From IMG/VR virus record IMGVR_UViG_3300009705_000016, positions 1 through 63,530 of that record: 63,530 nt of DNA. The stretch is one strand, 5' to 3'. The DNA comes from a virus (lineage: Duplodnaviria > Caudoviricetes). Position 1 is the stretch's first letter, and each line of letters starts with the position of its first letter. Below are positions 31,080 through 40,722 of the stretch, piece after piece. The notes below the pieces were generated by a model, which was not told the origin of the DNA, did not search any database, and saw only the letters and a program-made list of their open reading frames with translations. A program made the position numbers and the translations under genes.

Positions 31080-32076
31080 TTTCTTTATCTATTTTTGTGT
31101 CGAATTCACCACCAACGCCTAATTGGTCAGACCAAAAGGTAGCGTGTTCTTGTTTATAATTTTCTATTGATTTTTTTTCTTCCGAAGCTTCTTTCCCTGC
31201 CAAAAATCCGTGTGGTGTTATTAAAATTTTACCATCTTCATAACCTAAACCATTAACATGATTTTTCATAATAGTTATCTTAGTTCTTGTTGCGAATTTA
31301 ACCTTTCTTTTTTCTTTAACCGCTGAAATATTTGTTGTACCAGCATTTTTTTGATTACCGAATCTAAAAACTAATGTGGAATTTAACCATAAAGCTTCAC
31401 CACCCTTTGCTTTAATCTTTGGTTGACCAAAAGGGTTATCGGGTAATTCTACCCAAGGTTGGTTTACCACTACTAGTGTGTTTGTGTGTTTTGAGTCCTC
31501 CCTTCTAGATTTTCCTATTCTTTGATTGATACCCATACCTATTTTATCAGCTAAGGTAGCTGCGTTGTGCATTTTACCACCCTTACCTTCAAAAGTCATC
31601 TTACACGGTATTGAACCAACTGAATCCCATAAAAATAACAAATCGTAATCTAAATCACCTTTTTCTTGAGCATCTAACAATTCATTAATATAATCCGTGA
31701 TTTGTTCTATGTATTGGAAGTCATTATTAAATAAGAAAAACCCTTCCCAATCTACCTCACCAGTACTTTCATCTACTACTTCTTCACAATCAAAACCCAG
31801 TAACTTTGCATAATTAAACCCCCATTTTTGTTCGGTTATTATTATTACTGGTAATACGCCTTTCTTTTGTGCATCTACAGCTGTTTTAATAAGTGCTGTG
31901 GTTTTACCGGTGTCTGAATGTCCTAAAAACATTTGTAAATGACCCATTGCTGGACCAGGTATTCCTGTTGCGTCAAGGAATGCTGGTCCTAGGTTAAAAA
32001 ATTTGTCTGATTTAAATTTAGCCTTCTTAGAGAATTTGCTCTTTATCTCTGAAAAACTTCTTTTCTTTAATGCCAT
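31072..32076 (-). CDS. RecA/UvsX-like recombinase
   Basis: Walker A GHSDTGKT, Walker B FLWDSVGS, VVVNQ, KAKGGEAL, MKNHV. Confidence 0.85.
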   Translation of the reverse strand: MALKKRSFSEIKSKFSKKAKFKSDKFFNLGPAFLDATGIPGPAMGHLQMFLGHSDTGKTTALIKTAVDAQKKGVLPVIIITEQKWGFNYAKLLGFDCEEVVDESTGEVDWEGFFLFNNDFQYIEQITDYINELLDAQEKGDLDYDLLFLWDSVGSIPCKMTFEGKGGKMHNAATLADKIGMGINQRIGKSRREDSKHTNTLVVVNQPWVELPDNPFGQPKIKAKGGEALWLNSTLVFRFGNQKNAGTTNISAVKEKRKVKFATRTKITIMKNHVNGLGYEDGKILITPHGFLAGKEASEEKKSIENYKQEHATFWSDQLGVGGEFDTKIDKEND

Positions 32077-32087
32077 TTGTTAAAAAT

Positions 32088-32957
32088 TTAAAATGGTAAG
32101 TCTTCGTCTACTTTCTCGTTTTCTTGTGGGTCTTTCGAAGTACTAGTTGAACTCATATCAACTGTACTATTTGTTTTAGAGTTCGGGTCATCGTAAGTAT
32201 ATTTTTTCAACTCACTATCCCAAACTGGGTCTAACCCTTTAGATATAGCTTCTAAGTACTCAACTGGTTTTTGTGAATACACATCTTTCCAAATTTTTTC
32301 GTTAGATGCCCACTCTTCAGATTCTGAAACATTCTCCGATAGTTTTCCTGGGTCTTCATACATTACTGATGATACTGTTGTGTATTCACCTCTTCCTCCT
32401 GGTAACGGTACTGCTTGTAAAATAAGAATTAAATCTCTCCCTTCATTGATATCCGTAATATCCCCTTTATTTCTCCAAATAGGTATAATTTTGTCAATTG
32501 GTCCATCACCTTTCCAATTATGTTTAAATCTCCAGAACTTAACACCATCCTCTTCCTTATCTCTATCAACAATTTTTACTATGTAAAATTTTTGTGAACG
32601 ATAATTTCTTGCTAATTCTTTTGATTGTTCATCACCAGCTAATCTTAAAGCTTCTTCTACTTCATTTAATGGACTTCTTTCACCTGTTGGTTTCCCTGTG
32701 GAGTCTTTACCTGGGTCATAAATTTTCATCCATCTACCTTGTACTTGTGTGTTGTGGAAAAATACTTCTTTAAATGGAGAACTACCGTCTGTTGTTGGTA
32801 GAATTCTAATTCTTTTTTCACCTTGTTTAACACCTTTAGGTAGTGCGATAGTGAAATATTGTTTTAATCTATCTTCATCCGACATTCTTGGTTTTGAAGA
32901 TGTTGTTTGTTTGTTTTTTTCGTATTGGGCTAATACAGCGTCTAGGCTTGAACTCAT
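32088..32957 (-). CDS. Single-stranded DNA-binding protein, T4 gp32-like
   Basis: RIRILP...PF, DITDINEGRDL and acidic tail DEDLPF; adjacent to recombinase. Confidence 0.8.
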   Translation of the reverse strand: MSSSLDAVLAQYEKNKQTTSSKPRMSDEDRLKQYFTIALPKGVKQGEKRIRILPTTDGSSPFKEVFFHNTQVQGRWMKIYDPGKDSTGKPTGERSPLNEVEEALRLAGDEQSKELARNYRSQKFYIVKIVDRDKEEDGVKFWRFKHNWKGDGPIDKIIPIWRNKGDITDINEGRDLILILQAVPLPGGRGEYTTVSSVMYEDPGKLSENVSESEEWASNEKIWKDVYSQKPVEYLEAISKGLDPVWDSELKKYTYDDPNSKTNSTVDMSSTSTSKDPQENEKVDEDLPF

Positions 32958-32995
32958 AATATTTTATTTTTATTTAATAGTTAATTTCTTGGATA

Positions 32996-33024
32996 ATAAT
33001 AACTAACTTATTTGGGGTTGTCAA
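32996..33024 (-). promoter_or_regulatory. sigma70-type promoter for the replication operon
   Basis: Minus strand TTGACA-N17-TATTAT, 38 nt upstream of the SSB ATG, just after a terminator. Confidence 0.7.
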
Positions 33025-33048
33025 TTATATTGGGATAAATAATTCCGT

Positions 33049-33077
33049 AAAAAAAGCCCTAACTAGGTTAGAGCTTT
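33049..33077 (-). terminator. Rho-independent terminator
   Basis: Minus strand aaagctctaac-cta-gttagggc followed by a T run, downstream of ORF 33104..33877. Confidence 0.75.
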
Positions 33078-33103
33078 AATTATAAATTATTTTTTATGGT
33101 TTA

Positions 33104-33877
33104 TCAAACGTTAAAACTTTTTTGAATTTCCGTGTCTGAGAAATTATCAACATCTTCTGGTGTTAAAATATATTCTTGTTTCCCTTGTTGCTCAAACTTT
33201 TCTTGACTATCGTCCCAAAAATCAGCAACTGATTTGTTAAACGGACCTGAATCCATTTTTCTGTTATTAATTTTTTCTCGTTCAGTTTGTGGTCTGAATT
33301 CTTCTATTTTTTGTTCTAGACTAGTGATTTGACCCATTAATTCGTCCATCCCTTCTAATTTATCTTCCATACCATCTAACATACCCATTAATGTGTCTAG
33401 TTTTTCATTAGTTTCTACTGATGAATTTTCTATAGATTCTTGTTTGTCCACCAAATCGGTAACTTCTACCTCGGTAGTATCTTCGTCCGCTACTGGTTCT
33501 GTTGTTTCTGCTGCTGGTGCTTCTGGTACTGGTGTTGTTGCTGGTGGCGGTGGTGGCGGTGGTGGTGCATCTGTAGCCCCAAGTTCCCCTTCTATATCGA
33601 CAGCAACTTCTTCGTCACCTACACCCATTTCAGCAAATGAACTTACATCGTCCATTGTCTCTTCATCTTCAATAGCTGCTTCTGGGTCTTCTTGTTCAGA
33701 CATTTCTAATTGTCTTGCTTTAAATTTTTCTAATCTAGGGGACCCTCCTTGTTTTGACATAAAACCAGAACCCCCACCTACAGTACCTAATGTTTGTTCC
33801 TCTAGGTTCATAGAATTGTACCCTATTTGGTTAAATCTTTTAACCTCTTCTTTTAGACTTTTCTCTAAGTTATCCAT
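33104..33877 (-). CDS. Acidic, poly-Pro, coiled-coil hypothetical protein (possibly head/scaffold-associated)
   Basis: PPPPPPPP tract, heptad-like LDTLMGMLDGMEDKLEGMDELMGQITSLEQKI, N-terminal LKEE/LEE sites. Confidence 0.55.
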   Translation of the reverse strand: MDNLEKSLKEEVKRFNQIGYNSMNLEEQTLGTVGGGSGFMSKQGGSPRLEKFKARQLEMSEQEDPEAAIEDEETMDDVSSFAEMGVGDEEVAVDIEGELGATDAPPPPPPPPATTPVPEAPAAETTEPVADEDTTEVEVTDLVDKQESIENSSVETNEKLDTLMGMLDGMEDKLEGMDELMGQITSLEQKIEEFRPQTEREKINNRKMDSGPFNKSVADFWDDSQEKFEQQGKQEYILTPEDVDNFSDTEIQKSFNV

Positions 33878-34112
33878 TTAATAATTGTTTTACCTCCCCA
33901 TTAGGTGATTCTACCTGAACCTTTCTATTGACTCTGGTTTCATTTTCTACTCTTTCTATTAATCCGTCTCTACTTCTTATAGTGTAACAAATACCAGTGT
34001 CTAAATCACACACTTCTTTAGATTCACCATCTATAGTGCTAGATTTTTCAACAATGTTTGTGTTTTTCCCTAAAAAATTATCTAATTTTCCTTTTAAATT
34101 TTCTGTTATCAT
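33870..34112 (-). CDS. Hypothetical protein (80 aa)
   Basis: ORF with CDLDTGIC motif; preceded by TATTTAT. Confidence 0.6.
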   Translation of the reverse strand: MITENLKGKLDNFLGKNTNIVEKSSTIDGESKEVCDLDTGICYTIRSRDGLIERVENETRVNRKVQVESPNGEVKQLLNG

Positions 34113-34127
34113 AGTATTATTTATTAT

Positions 34128-34134
34128 ATAAATA
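34128..34134 (-). promoter_or_regulatory. TATTTAT element (putative late promoter)
   Basis: 15 nt upstream of ATG 34112; second copy at 34144-34150. Confidence 0.55.
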
Positions 34135-34156
34135 TTAAGAAGAATAAATAAAATCT

Positions 34157-37100
34157 CTATACTGTCTTTTCTTCTTTAATATAGTCGGAACTAAAGTTAT
34201 TAGGATTCAAGAAAATCTCATCTTCACCCAACTTTTTATTAATTACATATTTTCTTATCTCATAATGTAAGTGTCTCGCTGATGAGTTTCCGGTAGTCCC
34301 CATTATTCCTACCCTAGTCCCTTTAGTAATGCCTGCACCTATCGCAAGATTAGATATTGTTTTCTCTTTTAGATGAGCTATCCTAAATTGGTATTTAGAA
34401 GTTGCTCCTTCTACCCAAGCGGTCACATCTGATTGTTTAATTAATACCTTATCAACCCACATATAATTACCATAACCACTACCAGGTGGTCCAGGACATG
34501 CATTACCAGTAATACTATCATCCTTAGCAGATTTACGAGGGAAACATCCAGTACCTTTTCCTGAAATAATACCAGAAACTGGTGATACAATAGAAATGTC
34601 TTCAGCGTCAAACTCTGCTTTAGGTAGGTAATCTATCCCTTTATGGTTATATGAAAACTTAAGTCCGGTTGTTGAATTGGTTTTTGTTCTTTTTGCCCAA
34701 AAAGCTTGGAAGGGTTTCGGGTTTAAAATTTTATTTAGGTCGAGCGGGTCTTGTATTGGGAAGTCTAACTCAGTAAAATCTTCTTCAGTATTAATCACAT
34801 TATTAGCAATCTCTTGTTCTGTTAGATTGTGGGCATCTAATGAAATGTCTTGTTTAGAAGGTGGTTCTACATCATCTATTACGTCAAAATGTTTTATTAA
34901 TTTAGTTTGTATAGTCGTAAGTAAATCAGTTACTTTAGGTAAACTAGTAATACCAACCCTAACTCCAGTAAATGTTGTTGTCATATCATTAGGAGATAAA
35001 CTATGACTAACATCCATGATAAGGTATGGACCACTAAACATAGGAACATATCTTAGTTGAAAATAGGTTGTTGGTTGAATTAATGCGTTACCCATACAGG
35101 TTACTGAACATTTATACGACCTAGATTTATATAAATTAAATAAATTTAAAGAGTTTGTTGAGACTTTGGACCCACTGGCCATTTTACCTAGGTCCTCTAG
35201 GATTCTAAAAGACTCACTTGTGTTTGGAAATTCAGATTGGGATAAAGCAATGCTTTCAAATATCTGTTGGTTTGGTATTCCAAAATCAACAGCGAAAGCC
35301 ATAATCTTATTACTTAATTGTCTTTCCTCTTCAGTCTTAGGTATCGGACCACATAATGGGTTTGGGTTTGTTCTGTTCAAAACAAACGAATCATTATTAT
35401 AACCATAGTTAAAACTTTTTATATCCAAGCTCTCAGATGGTTTACCCACATATTGACACAGGTATTTAGGTGAAGACTTTGTAGTGTCAACCTCTTTAAA
35501 AGCACCAAACATAGTATCTCCTTGTGCTTGTGTGTTGTTACCTTGCATGTTATAAAAATTAACATATGATGGTAATGCTATCCAATTAAAACCATTTGAT
35601 GCACATATACTACTCATAAATCCAGCGATAGTCTGTTTAACAGATGTACTTGGTTCGTCCGTAAATGGTGTGTCTAACCCTAAAAATGCATATATATCAA
35701 TAATAGCCTCACTTCCTATATCTCTATTACCGTTATCTAAGAACATAAACCTCTCCATAATGGTATTGTGAAAAGGTATATTAGTACCTGCTGTCCTACT
35801 TGTATTGACATCCACACCTTGTACTTTGGTGCCTGATATCCATTTATCGTTAAATGTTTTAAATACCTGGTACAATTCTAACTTTAAATTGTCTGCTATC
35901 ACTTTAGGTCTTTCATCATCGGTATCGCTACCTCCAGTGGGACTATCATCTAAAGCTTTTAATGGGTCCATTTTAGCGATAGATTTAAAAAATGTATTGG
36001 TGTATGCTTTGGTGGTATCTTCCATAGCCCGTAATTGATTCTTCAAAATTACGTCAAAATCACTCTTAGTCATTCCAACGTTACCACCTGGTGAATTCTT
36101 TTCTGTAAAAGTTAGATATAATTTAAGTATTGGGGCAAATTGTAACACCAATATATGTGATATGTCATAATTCTTAAAAAAATCAAAACATATTTGCACT
36201 TTTGATAGGAACCCTGTAAGTGGTAGTGGTGGTGTCGGTCTTGGGAAGACCCACTCAGAAATATCTAATGTAAAACCTGCTGTTGGACTTGGAACTGCAT
36301 TATCATACTTAGGTAATGGCATATAAGTTTTTAATGTACCCTTATCTAAAAGATAAAATATTAGTGATTTTGTTGTTGTTGTGTCTGACGTTAAAGAAGT
36401 TAGTGGTACTGTTATATCCCATCCATTCACAGACCCATGTTTGTAAATTACTGACTGATTTAAAAAGATTCTACATACACTTAAGAATTTTTTATATTGA
36501 CTTTTGGCTAATTCTTCTGTTGTTGGTTTGGGTGATTCCGATTCTACTTCAGATTTTTTAAGTAACATAAAATCTCTAAATATACTTTTAAACTCAGTGT
36601 ATTTTCCTTCTACAATACTAGCGTCTGGATTTTGTGGTTCTGAAAAATTTAAAAATTGTGTTTCAAACTCATCTAAAACTTGTTTTGGAAATACGGATAA
36701 TAACTCACTAAAAGTATCAGACCCACCAACTAAATTTAGGTTCCAAGCTTCTTGTTCCGGTTTTGTTATATTAATTCTTTTAAGGTAACTACATGCTGGT
36801 ACAAAACCATATATAGCTCCATAGGTACCGGGAACCCCTCCTTGTACGTCAAATGAACCGTAACCAGCTCCAGCCCACAAAAATCTAGCACTACCATCAA
36901 ACCCAGCAGTGTTTATGTTATCCCCCATAAAGCTTAAATCGGTATTTACCAAACCTCCCGCAGATGGGTAAAGAATATAGTACGGTTCTACGTTTGGGTC
37001 TAAATCTTTTACCCCCACATTCCCTATTGTAGCTGAATCAGCGAAAGTTGTATAAAAATCATAGGATAAACCACCTTGTGTAAAAGATAGATTTTCTTCT

Positions 37101-40100
37101 TTTTGCATCTCTAGTTGGAATGAACTTAAAAAATTACTCTGTACGTCAGCTACTGGAATCCAACTACCTACAGGACTTAGTATGTTTTTACCTGTAATAA
37201 TATTATGGGTTACGTCTATAAGTCGTGGCCAAAACCCTAAAGTTACATTTGTGGTGTTTAAACCTGGTAATATATTACCGTCATTTGTAAAATCATAAAA
37301 TCCGAATCCATTTGCTTGACCTGGGTCTACATACCATTTGTCACACGCGATATTACCATCTGCTCCAGTATCTACACCATCTATAGCACCTAAACCACCG
37401 AACACACTATCTTCTTCTGGTGTAGTTCCATTGTTTTTATAGTTCCACCAAAGTGAACCTATTTTTAAAATAAAAGAATATGGTAGTTCGTGATAACCGG
37501 CTAATTGTTTAATTAATTGTGCGACATACCCACCATATTGATTTTTTGAATCAAAATCTTTTATTACTTTTTCTAAAGTACTACTTACCGGTAATGAATT
37601 TAAAAATAAATAAGCTGCTTCCGTGTACGGAGTTGGTGACGGTGTGGTTTCCTTCAGGTTTGCCTTATGTATTGCATTTGCAAACCAAGGTGTGTTTAAC
37701 ATAGACACACATTGTTTTAAGCCTGAAGTATTGTTTATACCTTCTGTTAGAGGTTGTAACAGTATATCTTGTTCAGTAGTGTCATAATACTCTAACCAGT
37801 CGCTGACCCCCACAAATGTCTTTATAACGTCCAGTTGGTCTGGTTTTGTAATTATACCAAAATTACCATACTTATCTGATTCCCAATTTAGATTTGAAAA
37901 AAATAATTTGTGGTTTTCTGTGCCATACACATTTGTTTGTGCAGGCATATCTAATTCATCTATAATGAAGAAGTCTGTCCCTGAAGCTAGATTACCACCA
38001 TCAGCTAATTTAGAAAATAAACTAGGTGTTGTAAAATTAAAAGGAAAAAAATCAAAGAACCCATCTTTTGTTTTTTTACTTTCCATGTAAAGCTTTTTAT
38101 AATCTATATAATTTCCATTATTTGTATATTGTTCTTTCACACTAGACGTGGGATACAGTCCAAAATTAGTATCTTTTATATTGCTCACATTAACTCTGTT
38201 ATTTAAATAAGGTGTGTTTATGTAAGCATTTTCATATAATTTGTATCTATCCGGTGATAATTTCTCTAATTCCTTTAATAAAGAATCGTAATCAAACGTA
38301 TTACCTTGGAAAAATTCTCCTAAGTCTATATCCTCTTTAATAGATGTTTCTAAATTCTTACTATCATTATCTCCAGCTTCCATCATGACGGCACCTAGTT
38401 GAGCGGGTTTACCTAATTGGTAACCTGTGACTCCTACGTAATTTGAAAAATCTTCCGCTCTGTCTAGTATCTCCCACAGTATAGAAGTTTTTTGTTTTAT
38501 CGTATAAGCTTCGTTGGTGAATGGAAATTCTCTTACTGATATAGGGGCTAACTCTATAAACTTAACCTCATTACTCATTGGTTCTTGTACTAAATTCTTT
38601 CTCGTAAGGACGGATTTGGTATATTCCTCTATGAACTCTACTTCTGGCCAGGTTTTTTTACTGTATGCCTTTGTAGTGGATAGACTACCCGCTGCTCCTG
38701 GATATTTCAATACCAATTTATTTGATTCATCATCAAATTCATAGTATTGGGGCCAAGGAAATACAGTATGTTCCCCTTTTACGGCATCTTTATACATTTT
38801 CTTATCAGTTATAACTGCTTTAACTCTATCAGGGTTGTCTCTCTGTTCAAACGCTAATTCATGCACTCTATCGAGTATTCTTAAATAAGTGTCAACACCA
38901 GCTATTACAACAGCGGTTAAGTTTCTGATGGTTGGGTCTATTGTTAGACTCTCTTTAAATACCCTATTAATTTTCTTAGTTACCTCTTCTTGGATTATGT
39001 TGTGATTTTTTTCAAATTCCTCTAGAACTCTCGTAAACACCCCACCGAAACTTTTAGTTGTTTTATCCAAAACGTAGTACCCTTCTTCAGGTACATCATT
39101 TATATTCTTTGCGTTGGTACTTCTAGCTCTTTGGTTTTCTAATTTAAAATCTCTTATTAGGTTAACCGAAGCGGGACCTTTATCTAAACCAAATGTTTTA
39201 TTTTCACCTAATACTTTTTGATACCCTTCTAGAATATATCTTAGTTTACTTTCAGCCTTTTGAATGTATTCTGTAGTTGTTTCATTTAACCTAATAGCTG
39301 TAGCTATCACTCTTTTACCATCACCACTTGCTGAACCTACACTAACATCTAGTGGTATGTCATTATTTCTATCTACCGACCAATTTTCAACCCAACCATT
39401 AGTCCCAAAAATAGCATTATAAAAACTTTTAAGTTTTGCTTGGTATATGGTTTGGTCATTTGTAAATTGTAAGTCTACTTTTTTAAAATTATTCTTTAAA
39501 TTATCGGTAAACGATTCAACCCTACCAATTAATTCATATATAGTTAAATGTGGAAAATTTGGTTCTATGTATTTTAATTCTTTATAGATTTTATATACGT
39601 CATCCAATATTTTTCTACCCAGTCCGTTCGCTTGTGGGTCCTCATTACTAGAAACTTGTCTAGTTGCTGGGTACAAATATGGAGCTAACATAGCTTGTTG
39701 TAGGTTTATGTCGTTTAATAAAGCTATATGATTACCAATAAAGTTAGCTGTTATATTATAATCACCAGAAGAGGAATCAAAACTGGCTTGAAAATTAATT
39801 AACGCTAGTTGGTATTTTACTGCCTGACCATAGTACCCTTTGATTGTTAAATCGAATTGTGGGTATGGTAAATGGAAGAAAGCTGTGTATGGGGTGTTGG
39901 TTTCTGCTTGTTCAAATAATGTTTTACCTCTAATATCAACAAAAGTTATATCTACTTGTGGGACAAAGGAAGAACTTATTTTTATCTCTATATTTTTAAT
40001 CCCAAATCCTTGGAAGTCGTTTTTATTATCTATAGTTTTAGAAAAAAAGGTTTGTCCGTCTTCGGTGGTATCTTCGTGTCTTTGGATTTTATTCACGGAT

Positions 40101-40414
40101 GGGTCGGTAAACCCTTCTGTCCAGTCACTATCTAAAGAACTTTTACCAACTGGTTTTAAAAAATTAATCTCACCGTCAAATAAATCTATTTTAACCCCAG
40201 TGTCAGAAGCTCCTTGACCTACTATTAACTTAGACCTAGGTATTACTCTTGCTACTAAATTTACATAAATTACTAAATCTTCGTGCCTAACTAACCTATC
40301 TTCTATACTTTGTCCGTTAGCACTCGTTATTTTATTTGGGTCTATTAAAACTAGATTGTCACAAACTTGTTCAACATATACTTTCTCACTAGAGTTAATA
40401 ATATCATCTGCCAT
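34157..40414 (-). CDS. Giant baseplate hub-like protein with C-terminal M23 peptidase (tail-associated lysin)
   Basis: HKGID, YGNY, IAHL and MGTTGNSSARHLHYEIR M23 motifs; follows the LysM/gp53-like gene. Confidence 0.7.
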   Translation of the reverse strand: MADDIINSSEKVYVEQVCDNLVLIDPNKITSANGQSIEDRLVRHEDLVIYVNLVARVIPRSKLIVGQGASDTGVKIDLFDGEINFLKPVGKSSLDSDWTEGFTDPSVNKIQRHEDTTEDGQTFFSKTIDNKNDFQGFGIKNIEIKISSSFVPQVDITFVDIRGKTLFEQAETNTPYTAFFHLPYPQFDLTIKGYYGQAVKYQLALINFQASFDSSSGDYNITANFIGNHIALLNDINLQQAMLAPYLYPATRQVSSNEDPQANGLGRKILDDVYKIYKELKYIEPNFPHLTIYELIGRVESFTDNLKNNFKKVDLQFTNDQTIYQAKLKSFYNAIFGTNGWVENWSVDRNNDIPLDVSVGSASGDGKRVIATAIRLNETTTEYIQKAESKLRYILEGYQKVLGENKTFGLDKGPASVNLIRDFKLENQRARSTNAKNINDVPEEGYYVLDKTTKSFGGVFTRVLEEFEKNHNIIQEEVTKKINRVFKESLTIDPTIRNLTAVVIAGVDTYLRILDRVHELAFEQRDNPDRVKAVITDKKMYKDAVKGEHTVFPWPQYYEFDDESNKLVLKYPGAAGSLSTTKAYSKKTWPEVEFIEEYTKSVLTRKNLVQEPMSNEVKFIELAPISVREFPFTNEAYTIKQKTSILWEILDRAEDFSNYVGVTGYQLGKPAQLGAVMMEAGDNDSKNLETSIKEDIDLGEFFQGNTFDYDSLLKELEKLSPDRYKLYENAYINTPYLNNRVNVSNIKDTNFGLYPTSSVKEQYTNNGNYIDYKKLYMESKKTKDGFFDFFPFNFTTPSLFSKLADGGNLASGTDFFIIDELDMPAQTNVYGTENHKLFFSNLNWESDKYGNFGIITKPDQLDVIKTFVGVSDWLEYYDTTEQDILLQPLTEGINNTSGLKQCVSMLNTPWFANAIHKANLKETTPSPTPYTEAAYLFLNSLPVSSTLEKVIKDFDSKNQYGGYVAQLIKQLAGYHELPYSFILKIGSLWWNYKNNGTTPEEDSVFGGLGAIDGVDTGADGNIACDKWYVDPGQANGFGFYDFTNDGNILPGLNTTNVTLGFWPRLIDVTHNIITGKNILSPVGSWIPVADVQSNFLSSFQLEMQKEENLSFTQGGLSYDFYTTFADSATIGNVGVKDLDPNVEPYYILYPSAGGLVNTDLSFMGDNINTAGFDGSARFLWAGAGYGSFDVQGGVPGTYGAIYGFVPACSYLKRINITKPEQEAWNLNLVGGSDTFSELLSVFPKQVLDEFETQFLNFSEPQNPDASIVEGKYTEFKSIFRDFMLLKKSEVESESPKPTTEELAKSQYKKFLSVCRIFLNQSVIYKHGSVNGWDITVPLTSLTSDTTTTKSLIFYLLDKGTLKTYMPLPKYDNAVPSPTAGFTLDISEWVFPRPTPPLPLTGFLSKVQICFDFFKNYDISHILVLQFAPILKLYLTFTEKNSPGGNVGMTKSDFDVILKNQLRAMEDTTKAYTNTFFKSIAKMDPLKALDDSPTGGSDTDDERPKVIADNLKLELYQVFKTFNDKWISGTKVQGVDVNTSRTAGTNIPFHNTIMERFMFLDNGNRDIGSEAIIDIYAFLGLDTPFTDEPSTSVKQTIAGFMSSICASNGFNWIALPSYVNFYNMQGNNTQAQGDTMFGAFKEVDTTKSSPKYLCQYVGKPSESLDIKSFNYGYNNDSFVLNRTNPNPLCGPIPKTEEERQLSNKIMAFAVDFGIPNQQIFESIALSQSEFPNTSESFRILEDLGKMASGSKVSTNSLNLFNLYKSRSYKCSVTCMGNALIQPTTYFQLRYVPMFSGPYLIMDVSHSLSPNDMTTTFTGVRVGITSLPKVTDLLTTIQTKLIKHFDVIDDVEPPSKQDISLDAHNLTEQEIANNVINTEEDFTELDFPIQDPLDLNKILNPKPFQAFWAKRTKTNSTTGLKFSYNHKGIDYLPKAEFDAEDISIVSPVSGIISGKGTGCFPRKSAKDDSITGNACPGPPGSGYGNYMWVDKVLIKQSDVTAWVEGATSKYQFRIAHLKEKTISNLAIGAGITKGTRVGIMGTTGNSSARHLHYEIRKYVINKKLGEDEIFLNPNNFSSDYIKEEKTV

Positions 40415-40721
40415 AATATAAGAAATGTTTATCTAATTCACTTTTGTAGTCTTGTAAACTAACTGTTAATGGAAAAGGAATTCTAATTATTCTACCATCA
40501 TTAATATTCCATTCCTGTCCTCCATATTCGGGGTTTGCTTGTAAAATTAACCACCCAAAATACGGGGTTTCATAAACTTGCTGTGACATTTTATCTAACC
40601 TACTCCTACCAACTTTATATACTAAATATTTATCGGAACTCTTTTTAGGTATTTCTATCAAAGGTACAGTTTTTGTTATACCATTAATCTTAAAATTTTT
40701 ATATCTATTATAATACGACAT
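40404..40721 (-). CDS. LysM-like baseplate protein (gp53/tail X-like)
   Basis: RLDKMSQQVYETPYFGWLILQANP...IIRIP pattern; synteny. Confidence 0.7.
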   Translation of the reverse strand: MSYYNRYKNFKINGITKTVPLIEIPKKSSDKYLVYKVGRSRLDKMSQQVYETPYFGWLILQANPEYGGQEWNINDGRIIRIPFPLTVSLQDYKSELDKHFLYYGR

Positions 40722-40722
40722 A

